Source of the DNA: Mustelus asterias
Taxonomy: Eukaryota
DNA: 64,000 bases
Assembly: GCF_964213995.1 (NCBI RefSeq)
Contig: NC_135808.1
Span: forward strand, 34,658,001 to 34,722,000
Direction of reading: 5' to 3'
This document shows, piece after piece, positions 26,001 through 38,000 of this stretch. Position 1 is the first letter of the stretch. Every line of letters begins with the position of its first letter. The translations under genes and the position numbers were made by a program. Under the pieces are notes generated by a model, which did not search any database, had not been told where the DNA came from, and saw nothing but the letters and a program-made list of their open reading frames with translations.

Positions 26001-29000
26001 GAGTGTAATGGCTGCAGAAAGGCATTTCGAAGGCGATCTGCCTACAGGGGTAATATGGGCTGAGGTTAGGAATAGGAAAGGAGCGGGCACATTGTTAGGA
26101 GTTTACTATAGACCCCCAAATCTTAGAAATATTAGAAACCCTACAGTGCAGAAAGAGGCCATTTGGCCCATCATGTCTGCACTGACCACAATCTCACCCA
26201 GGCCCTACCCCCAGATCCCTACATATTTACACCCTAATCCCTCTAATCTACACATCCCAGGACACTAGGGGGCAATTTTAGCATGGCCAATCAACCTAAC
26301 CTGCACATCTTTGGACTGTGGGAGGAAACCAGAGCACCCAGAGGAAACCCACACACACAAGGAGAATGTGCAAACTCCACAGTGACCCCAAGCCAGGAAT
26401 CAAACCCAGGTCCCTGGAGCTGTGAAGCAGCAGTGCTAACCACTGTGCTACCTTGCTGCCCTAATAGAGATGTGGAGCAAGAAATTGCTAAGCAGATTAT
26501 GAATAGGTGTGGAGGTCACAGGGTAGTTGTCATGGGGGACTTTAACTTTCCAAATATTGATTGGAACCTTTGTAGGTCAAATAGTTCGGATGGGGCAGTT
26601 TTTGAGCATTGTGTGCAGGAGGGGTTCCTGACACTATGTGGATAAGCCGACAAGAGGTGGGGCCACATTGGATTTGGTAATGGGAAATGAACCGGGCCAA
26701 GTGTTGGATTTGGTTGTGGGAGAGCACTTTGGAGATAGTGACCACAATTCTGTGTCTTTTGTTATTGTGAGGGAGAGGGCCATGCGGCAGGACATAGTTT
26801 ACAATTGGGGGAGAGGTAATTATGATGCAATCAGGTGGGAATTGGGAAGCATAGGATGGGAACAAAAATTGTCAGGGAAAGACACTAATGAAAAGTGGAA
26901 CTTTTTCAAGGAACAAATACTGCGTGTCCTTGATGGGTATGTCCCTGCCAGGCAGAGGGGAAATGGCCAAGTGAGGGAACCATGGTTCACAAGAGGTGGA
27001 ATGTCTTGTCAAGAGGAAGAAGGAAGTGTATGTAAGGTTGAGAAAACAAGGTTCAGTTGGCTCAATGAAGGGTTACAAGTTAGCAAGAAATGAGCTGAAA
27101 AAGGGGCTTAGGAGAGCTAGGAGGGGGCATGAGAAGTCCTTGGCGGGTCGGATCAAGGAAAACCCCAAGGCTTTTTACTCTTGTGTGAGGAATAAAAGAA
27201 TGACCAGGGTGAGGTTGGGGCTGGTCAAGGACGGCAGTGGGAATTTGTGCATGGAGTCAGATAGGAGAGGTGATGAATGAATACTTTTATTCGGTGTTCA
27301 CCAAGGAGAGGGGCCATGTTTTTGAGGAAGAGGGTGTCACAGGCTGATAGGCTGGAGGAAGTAGATGTTCGGAGGGAAGATGTACTAGCAATTTTGAATA
27401 AACTGAAAGTTGATAAGTCCCCTGGGCCTGATGAAATATATCCTAGGAGCCTTTGGGAGGCAAGGGATGAGATAGCGGAGCCTTTGGCATTGATCTTTGC
27501 GTCCTCACTGTCCACAGGGGTGGTGCCAGAGGACTGGAGAGTGGCGAATGTGGTTCCTCTGATTAAGAAAGGGAATAGAAATGACCCTGGTAATTGGAGG
27601 CCTGTTAGTCTTACTTCGGTGGTCAGTAAGTTGATGGAAAAGGTCCTCTGGGATAGGATTTATGACCTTTAGAAAGATGCAGCTTAATCTGGGATAATCA
27701 GCACGGATTTGTGAAGGGCAAGTCTTGCCTCACAAATTTGATAGAATTTTTTGAGGAGGTAATGAAGTGTAGATGAAGGTAGTGCAGTTGATGACATATA
27801 CATGGATTTTAGTAAGGCATTTGATAAGGTCCCCCATGGTCGGCTTATGAAGAAAGTAAGGATGTGTGGGGTAGAAGGAAGTTTGGCCGATTGGATAGGT
27901 AACTGGCTATCTAACAGAAGACAGGGTGGTGGTGGATGGAACATTTTCGGACTGGAAACCAGTTACCAGCGGAGTGCCACAGAGATCGGTCCTTGGTCTT
28001 CTGCTATTTGTCATTTTTATAAATGACTTGGAGGGGGCTGAAGGGTGGATCAGTAAATTTGCTGATGACACCAAGATTGGTGGAGTAGTGGATGAGGTGG
28101 AGGGCTGTTGTAGGCTGCAAAGAGACATAGATAGGATGCAAAGCTGGGCTGAAAAATGGCAAATGGAGTTTAACCCTGATAAATGTGAGGTGATTCATTC
28201 TGGTAGGACAAATTTAAATGTGGATTACAGGGTCAAAGGTAGGGTTCTGAAGAATGTGGAGGAACAGATCTTGGGGTTCATATCCATAGATCTCTGAAGG
28301 TTGCCACTCAAGTGGATAGAGCCATGAAGAAGGCTTAGTGTGTTGGCATTCATTAACAGGGGGTTTGAGTTTAAGAGCCGTGGGGTTATGCTGCAACTGT
28401 ACAGGACCTTGGTGAGACCACATTTGGAATATTGTGTGCAGTTCTGGTCACCTCTCTATAAGAAGGATGTGGAGACACTGGAAAGAGTGCAGAGGAGATT
28501 TACCAGGATGCTGCCTGGTTTGGAGGGTAGGTCTTGTGAGGAAAGGTTGAGGAAACTTGGGCTTTTCTCTTTGGAGCAGAGGCGGTTGAGAGGAGACTTG
28601 ATAGAGGTTCATAAGATGATGAGGGGGATAGATAGTGAATGTTCAAAGACTATTTCCTTGGGTGAATGGAGCAGTAACTAGGGGGCATAACTATAGGTTT
28701 CATGGTGGGAGATATAGGAAGGATGTCCGAGGTAGGTTTTTTACTCAGTGGTTGGGGTGTGGAATGGACTGCCTGCAGGGATAGTGGAGTCAGGAACTTT
28801 AGGAACATTTAAGAAGCTATTGGATAGGCACATGGAGTACTTCGGGATGATGGGGAGGAAATAGCTTGATCTGGGTTTCAGACAAAGCTTGGCACAACAA
28901 CATGGGCTGAAGGGCCTGTTCTGTGCTGTACTGGTCTATGTCTATGTCGATTATAGTGAACGTTCAAAGACTATTTCCTTGGGTGGATGGAGCTATTACA

Positions 29001-32000
29001 AGGGGGCATAACTATAGGGTTAATGGTGGGAGATAGAGGAAGGATGTCCGAGGTAGGTTTTTTACTGTGGTTGGGGTGTGGAATGGACTGCCTGCAGTGA
29101 TAGTGGAGTCAGACGCTTTAGGAACATTTTAAGCGGTTATTGGATAGGCAGATGGAGCACACCAGGATGATAGGGAGTGGGAAAGCTTGATCTTGGTTTC
29201 AGATAAAGCTTGGCACAACATCGAGGGCCGAAGGGCCTGTTCTGTTCTGTGCTGTTCTGTTCTATGTTCTATAGGGTCAAACTTGATAATTCTGGCATTC
29301 CTTAAGTGGATCGCAAGTTGAAGTCTGAGGCCAGCCTCCAGAAACAGGACAGGTCCCTGTGGATGGAGATACTGGGAAATAACTCGGACTGCTGCTGGTG
29401 TTTAACCTCACTGACTACATACACTTTTTAAAAAGAGAACCCTCAATGGGAGGAGAGGTGTAGAATTGCTGCATTGGAGGAATGCTCAGTAAACTCACTC
29501 CTACCCAATTAGCCAAATAATCCACTGGTAGCTTAGTCAAAAATTGTTCCATCTTCATTGTAGTCCAGTGCCTTGAGGCAGTGGCTCCTGTCAGCCTGTT
29601 TCAGGAGACACCAGTCCAATCAGGGCTGCATGATGAACATGAACAGATGATTTTTGTTTCAGTACCTGTTTTCACAAGTGCATGGTCTCACTCCTGGAAC
29701 TGATGGTCATTTGGGCTCCTTGTTCCAATTGTTTGAAGAATGTGAACAAGAGATGAGCTTTGTTTTACATTGTGGGTGGCAGTGGTTAGCACTGTTGCCT
29801 CAGTGCCTGGGATCCAGGTTCAATTCCAGGCTTGGCTGAATGTGGAGAGTTCTCCCACGTGTGGGTTTGCTCCAGTTTCCTCCCACAATCCAACAATGTG
29901 TAGTTGGGTGGATTAACCATGGTAAACCTGTAGCATTATGGAATTGGACCAGCTCTTTCAAAGTTGATGTCAGCTGGCCTCGCCTACAGTGTACTGTTGA
30001 CCATCAGAACTACCACCAGAATACTTGTTGACCATCAGAACTACCTCAGCACAGGTTTCCAGGAAGCTGCCTTGTAATCTCATTATTTCATATAGTAAAC
30101 CTCAAATGGATAGCAGGGGTGTACTAAAATAAATTGAACCTGGTGGTGCCAAAACATACAAACCAAATGGATAACGGGTGAATATTCCTGTCTGGGTGGT
30201 TGCTGTTAGCATAGCAACTACAGGAAGAAGAGACAATGTGAAAGTGTGGTAATGGGAGTTGGAAAGGAATCCAGGTCAGATTGAGGCCATTTCCTGTTCC
30301 TTCAGTGAGGTTGAACCTCAATGGCAAATCCAATGTTTATGGGAAGCTAATTTGCAAAATATTCCTGTATGATGTTCCCAGTAAACTGTCCCAAATAATA
30401 CCCTGAGCAATATGGTGTCAATCCCACAAGTCTCTAGCTGCTGCTATACATATAATTGTGGCCTGAAGCTAAAATATGGATAATAGTGGACTGATCCAAG
30501 TCCACATGCCTACATTTATTTATAATTGTGGACTGATTTTGGGAGAGCGTTTGGTTCCTTTGCTAAATGTCATATTCTTAACTCCTAACAGCAAGATGCA
30601 GCTCTGCTGCCTGGGTTGCTCTGGCAGGGCCCTCTAGTACAGGCCCCAGAGGATCTCCTGCATCCTGGTGGTCTGCTGTGCATTCCACAACTTGGCACAG
30701 CAGCAGGGAGACCTCCTGGAGGGGGACCAAGCAGATGCCTTTAGGAAGGAGGGGGCCCAGGAGAATGTGGAGGACTTGGGCTGAGAGCTGGAGGATAGGA
30801 GGTGGCAAGAGTCGGGCAGGATGGTGAGGGAAGCCTTCATTGCCACAAGGCTCTCACAATGAGTCTTGGGGTCCACCAGCTCCAAACCCCCTCACCCTGC
30901 CACTGTCCCCTTCACACCACACCAGGGTGATGTGCCTAGGTTGGCCATGTTAGTGAATTACTCCTCCAGGCAGGAGGGTGATGACAACTGTGGCACAGTG
31001 ATGCTTCTCTGACGCAAAACCAGTCTGATTCCTACCTGTTCTGACTGCACACGGGTGCCCAAGTCCACTGAATGAGGCTGGGGGGGCACCCATGTGGGCC
31101 CAATAACCCAGGGGGTGGGGGGAAAAGTGTAAGGGGCCTAGGTTCAGATCATGACAAGGATCCACCCCAGGCTGTCTGTCACTGGGCTTACAATGCTGGG
31201 GCTGGCAGGGAATGGGGCAGAGGAGCTCAGACCAGGAGTCCCACATCAACATTAGGGGCTGGTGACCTCGTAACCCTAATTTTTTGGATGAGCGCCTGGA
31301 ATACCAACCAGGTGCATGGCACTGGGAACTGCATGACTCTGGTGGTAGGTATGGTTGGTGCAGACTCAGTGGGCTGAAGGGCCTCTTGCAATCAACAAGA
31401 CTGAGCCTCACAGGGATTCTCTAACATCAACTGTACCCAGTGACATGGATCTCAGTCAGCAGAGTCAACTGTGGGGTGCAAGAATATTTAATAGTGCATA
31501 CTACAGTGACTGCCCTCTTGGTGACCCTACAGCTTTTTAATCTTGTGTGACCTACCGCTAAATCTAGGTGATCTCCTAGGATGCACATCGGAGGTAGAGG
31601 TGGTCAGCTGTGTTCCACACCCCATGGTCTGACATGGTTGGCATTACCCTGGGGGGGGGTGGGGGGCACAGGACCTGATGGAATGTGGCCAACTTGTTGT
31701 AGCTGTGCCACTCTGATCAGCCCACTGCCCATGAGATGCACCAGTGTCAGGAAGTGGGTATTTGGAAGGGCTGGGGACAGCCAGAGTGGCCTGGTGGAAG
31801 GCCTTGGCATGGGCTCCAGGCCTTCAGCCTCCCTTGGTGCTCCCAGTACCCACCATTGGGCAGAGGGGCAGCTGGAGTGAGCTCCAGAGGCCTCCATCAC
31901 CTGGTTCTGCTAGTCTTGGAGGCCCAACTGCATCTGTCCATGGCATGCAAGCCCTCAATGATGGTCCTCTGAATCTGGGCCAAGCTCCAAAGCCCCTCAG

Positions 32001-35000
32001 GTGCCCTCTGACAAGGCAAAGCCTGTAGTCATTACCATCTGTCTTGAGCATGCTCTTGGGTCCTCAGCGACTTGACCATTTCCTGCCCCAGGCTTTCCAC
32101 TCCAGGTGCCACCCTTGCTGTGCTGGCACCATCTGTTACTGAAGGCTGTGGAACTCCTCCTCCAAACAGTCTTGCTGTTGCTGACAGCCCCTCCTGGCAA
32201 TCCCTGGCTCTTCCTCTGCATCTCCAGCTTCAGGATAACCGATCCCAGAGGCCTGGCACCTGGCTGGGGCTCAGCTGTCTTCTTGGCTCTGGAAGATCTC
32301 CATGCCTGTGTCCTCAGATTTTCCCAATTCCACCTGAAGGGTATTAACAGCTGGGTGGTGCACCCCAGAATCCTGACTGCCTACATATTGCACTGAGGTA
32401 ACTGTATCTGTGCTGGTGGATGGTGCAGGTGATGCCTGTCCTCGGGATGTGTCAACTGGTCTGGGGTGGGGCTGACTCCTGACAGCCTGGCCTCATCAAG
32501 GTCCCCTCCTGCAAAAGAAGACATGTGCAAGGGAGGGACAAGTATCTGGGCAGCTGGCAACTTGAGAGAGGTCATATTAATGAAGGTTTTGTGGCTCAAC
32601 ACTTTGCATGCCAACCTGTCAGTCACGGCTCCTCTGTTTCTCCTGTCAGCACTATGACCCCACCTGATTTTTCTCCCGGTCCTCCCCTGTTATGGGCCAT
32701 CTTCTCCTGCAGGGACAGAAGGGAGAATCGAAAACCTGATGGATGGTAGTGTGGAATATCAGGATGGGTGCAATCAGCTGGCATATGTCAGTACTGTGCC
32801 TCTGCAGGGAGAGGGGGTTTGCCAGAGTGATTGGAGGAAGGTGCTAGGGGGTCAGGTGCTGGGAGGCTGCAGGGTGATGGGGGTGGATCAAAATAAACAT
32901 TCCAGCCAGGACAGGATGGACTCCTGCCTAAACAGTCATTTATTTTCTTGCAGCATTGATCCTCTGCCAGTGCACAGGCACCCACTGCCACAGCTTCCCA
33001 GGTGCATTGCTAGCTTGACCCCCAGTTTGCCAACCACCTTGGGGGAAGAACCCTCTACTGCATCCAGCAACCATCCCAGCTCTTGGTGAACTGTGGGGCT
33101 GCTCTACATGGTGTCATCTTCCTGGTGTGACTGTATCATTAGTGTTTAAATGCAGCTTGCCCTGCTTAACAGTGCATAGCTGTGGCCACTTTGGGGTGAG
33201 TCAGGTTCCAGGAGCCCCAATAATGGTGTGAATCAGAGCACTAAGTGTAGAAAGATTGCTGTGCACACCCAAGAGACTGGCACAGTTCACCCCATGTTTC
33301 TTACTGTTAAGACACTTTTTTGGGGGACATTTCCACCAGTGTTTTTGACTGCAATTATCCCAAAGACTGCTGCTGCCACCAGCAGGAAAATCCGTTGCTT
33401 CCCACTGGCAGTACTAATGAAGTGGGACTCAACTGGAAAAACCACCCCCATATGAATCATGCCAAGCCAAACTCCCCAGGGTCTGAGGCTCTCCAATCAA
33501 TCAGCTGACATTCAAGGACACTTCCTGCCTCCTTTCAGAATAACTGACCCAGTCTCTCAATGCAGCAATCATTTCATGTTAAATCTTGAGACCAGTCTTG
33601 TGATTTTATAACTGTGGATTTACCTGACAGTTTCTATCGTTGAATCTTGTAACCAAACAGATCCAAAGATTTAGTTCATTATAAGACTCAGTAGACATGA
33701 CCCACAATGTCCATTTTTAAATGTGAAGCCACTGAATCAAATGTCTGGATTTCTCAATGAGAACTGCATCTCAGTGGTTTAATCTTTCTCACATACCCAT
33801 AGAATGAGGTTTGGTTCTGAAATTGTACCTCATGCAGGAGCATCAGGGTGGCAGAGTGCACCAGGACTTTGAGCTTGTATGCAATAAAATAGATATAGAT
33901 ATTGACTCACCTGATGAAGGGCAGTGCTCCAAAAGCTCATAATACCAAATAAACCTGTTGGACATTAACCTGGTGTTGAGACTTCTTACTGTGCCAGATG
34001 TAGATAAGCACTACAAAGGCTCCTGAGTTTCCAATCTCTAATCACTGGCAGGCAGACCTCCTAGTGACCAGCTGCCCACCATCTCACTCAAAGATGCCTA
34101 ATGATGAGAACCATCATAGAAATCTTGTATAGCACCTTATGTCCTCATGGTGTTCCAGAGTGCCAATGAGTTCATTGAAATTTTATTCAGTTCTTCAAGC
34201 AAACATTGAGGAGATAAAAGAAGAACCATGCAGAGAGAATCTGGTGCTTTAACAGTTTTCTCATGTAGGATCTGGCATGTTTCAGTGTGGATAGAACCAA
34301 TGTTCAAATGGACAAGATTCCTCATTTTGTATGTCATTGGCAAAATTATTCTGTCTTATCTAACTGATAGGAATGATCCTGAGGATATCATTGGGTGATG
34401 AGGAGATTGACTGCTTTCTCTGCTATTCTATAGTCAGCTCATCAGATGTCTGCCAGCTGAAAGATTCCATTTTGCAGCCCTTGGCAGTAGCCCCATAAAT
34501 CATGGTATTTCTAATGCATAACCATGCACTGCATGTTTTATTTTATGCTAATCTAGTGTATACAATATGATTTTGCTGCAGAGACATATCTAAACTTTGT
34601 GTCATTTTTCAATAAACCAATTCTGTCAATAGCAGTTAGTCTTGCCTTGCCCTGACTGAACCCAAACTGAGTGCAGTGAGCAGATTATTGCTAAGGTAAG
34701 TGCTGGTTGACAACACCTTCCATCACTTTGCCAATGATACAGAATGGGCAGTAATTGGCTGGGTTGGATTTGTCCAGCTTTTTGTGCACAAGGGCACCCT
34801 AAACAAATTTCCGTATTGGTGGGTGGGAAGCTGCCATTGTAGCTGTACTGGAACCGCTTGAATTTTGTTTCTTTATGCTCTTGGGTACTCTGCTTTAAAC
34901 TAGAAAAACTCAGCCGATCTGGCAACATCGAAGGAGAGATTGTCAGCCCTTCATCAGAAGTGAAGAGGGGGGGAGTTGTAAGACACCGGGGGGGTGGGGG

Positions 35001-38000
35001 GGCACAATGTAGAGAGACCACATTGGGAGAACCAAATACTGTCACTAAATTGTAGAAGGTGCAAGTGAAATGTTGCTTAACCTGAAGTGTTTGGGTCCAT
35101 GTGCACTGAGGCAAAAGGGCAGGTGTTTCACCTTCTGCAATTACATGGGATGGGGAGTTGTGGGTGATGTCAGAACAATCCCTGTGGAATGCTGATCAGG
35201 AGGACAGTGGGAAGAAATACTTTGTAGTGGCATGTTGGAGTTGGCAGAGAATGATCCTTTGAATGTGGAGACTGGTGGGGTGGATGAGGGGGCCCTATCA
35301 TCCTTCTGGGAGGAGGGGAGAGGTGCAGGAAATGGGTCAAACCCAGTTGAGTGCCCTGTCAACTACAGGTAGGGGAGGATTATCAGTTAAGGTAAAAAGC
35401 AGATGTCAGAAGTGCCATTTTCAAAGGTGGCATCATCAGAGTAGATGTGGTGGAGGTGGTCCACATAAACAAAAGGACAGGCATAATAGGGGCTCATGCA
35501 AGTACATCTTTGCCAGACCTGAGTTTTTTCAGTGTTTTTGCTTATTTTTTTATGCTTGTTTTATGGTGTTACCTATGCCTGTCTTTGGCAAATAGAGCTC
35601 TTTTAGGGAGTATACACTGATTTTATCAACTTTTTTGAACACTTCTCCAGAACTGTTCCTTTTTTACCCATTTAATATTCTTGCCCAGTTTATTATGTCT
35701 CTAATTGAAGTTCGTCTTGCCTAAATCTAGGATCTTGGTCACTGTTTCATATTTTTCCCCTTCAAACATTGAACTTGATCAGATAAATATACCATCAGGC
35801 TATCATTACATTTGACATTTTACTGAAGGGCATGATGAGCTAGTGCCCGGCCACTCTGATATTTTGTGATGCAGCCAGCCAGTTACTTGAATATCAAAAA
35901 TTACCCCTTGGTTCCTGCTTCAGGTGTCACCATTTCCAGTTTACATGAGATTCTTAATCAAGTTTGAGCCATTTGGCATGATGACAAATGGACCAATCGC
36001 AAAAAGTTGCCAGAAACCACGACCAATAGGAGGCCTGGTATCTCATTTCACTACTTCCATTCGTCTTACTGAAGCCACCACTTGGTAAAGGTGTTTCCAC
36101 TCTTCAGGGCAACACTCTTCTCTGTGGATCTGTGTTCCAATTCCACAACTTGCCAATCTTGCCTGATTCGAAGGCCAGAACATGTAGAAAAGGACTTGAG
36201 TGAAGGTCTTCCAAAACTCTCCACAAATAGTAACAAGGCTCAAGGAAAATCAGACACTTGCTGCCATTATACTATGTTCTTTATTTCTAAATTGACTCTT
36301 CTGTTTCTATTCCAGTCAAACCAACAGTCACTGTCCGACCTAAAACAATGCCACATTCTGGAAAGTCAGCCCTGCTCTTGTGTCATGTTACTGGATTTTA
36401 CCCTCCTGAGATTGAGGTCACATGGCTGAAAAATGGAGTGCCGGTTCCCGATGGTGTCATCAACACTGCCCTGTTATCAGATGGTGACTGGACCTATCAG
36501 GTGCAGGATCTCCTCCAGTATCAGCCTGTGTCTGGGGATAAATATACCTGTCATGTGGAACACAGCAGCCTGAATGAACCCAAGAAAACAGACTGGGGTA
36601 AGAACATAATGTATGGAGTACAACTTGAAATAAAGCAAAATTCTGGAAACACTGAGCAGGTGTCAGAATCTGTGGGGAGAGAAATAGTTTACATTTCGGG
36701 CTAATCTGTCAGTTCTAGCAGTTATTGCTGCAAGCAGTGAACAAAAGGCAGCCCCAGAACAGATCCTGAGAGGAACCACTACCTAGCATCACTTTGTAAT
36801 AAATTGGCTATGCCTTGCTGTAAATTTCCTCCAGTGAGGAGCCTTGTCAAGGGTTCTCTGGTCTGTCCATTTTTACCCTAACCTTTGGGTTTCTCTACCT
36901 GTTCAATTTTGGTGTGCTTCTAATCACTTAGTCTTTTCATTCTATTGTACCATCTTTCCAAAATCTGTCACTTTTTTTACTATTCTTGTTCTGGAATGAC
37001 CATTATTGGACTCGAGGTGCTAACCAGACTTTACTCATCATTAGCTCTAGCAGTCTCCTTTTATAGATGTCACATGTTGTAGAAGGAATCCTACATATTA
37101 GAAATTGAACTTCCTTGTCACTGATATAACAAATCTAGCTTTCCTGCTTTATTCACAATAGATTACCACTTATCCTGCTTTGTCACTGCACACCTTTGTA
37201 CTATAAATTCCTCCAACTGAACTGCCCTCAAAAGCCTTTTATCCCTAAAACCTTCTAAACACATCATGCCACCATTTTAATACAATTTTTGTTAGTTTAA
37301 GAAGTTTACAAGGAAGATCTTAAGCTGTTTCTCTTTTATTGGTCCCTACTTACCTCTGTCTTCCCTTACTGGGAATTTTTTTACTTCTCCCCAGCTTTTG
37401 CCTCCATTTTTGTACAAGTGCACAGGGACTTTTGTCTTCAACTTCGTGGTCGGCATCTCCAATTCCCAAAGAACCTGGGATCTCCTGTGCATGTGTCAGC
37501 CAGGCAAGGGCTACACAAGGTACTCTGTTTAATGTTGGTAATCCAAACTGCATGTGCCTGCTGGAAAAGTCACATGCATGCTTCTGATTTTTTACATCAG
37601 TTAGGCTACACGCATGGTTTTGGGCCTATTCCCAGCCAGTGCATGTGTGGGAGGCTCAAGGTTCAGCAGGATTTGGAGATGCCAACCACAGCTGAAAACT
37701 AATTGGATTTATTTCATTTACATTAATGTTAATTTTTAATCATTGGTGTGCTGTGAAGGCCCCACAATGTGCTGCTGCACACCAGTTGGAACCTTTAAGC
37801 TTCCTCCTAAACTCCTTTCACATAAGTTGATCATTCCAGAGCTTGATAGTCATGTGACTACCCTCCAGCTCTGTTTGAGAATGCTGTCAAGTTCAATAGA
37901 ACACCCTGTGCTGCTCTAACACCTGGATTGTTTCTCATGTACAGAAGTGGGAAGCACAACTGAATCAGAGAAACACAAGATCATTGTTGGAGCTGTGGGA

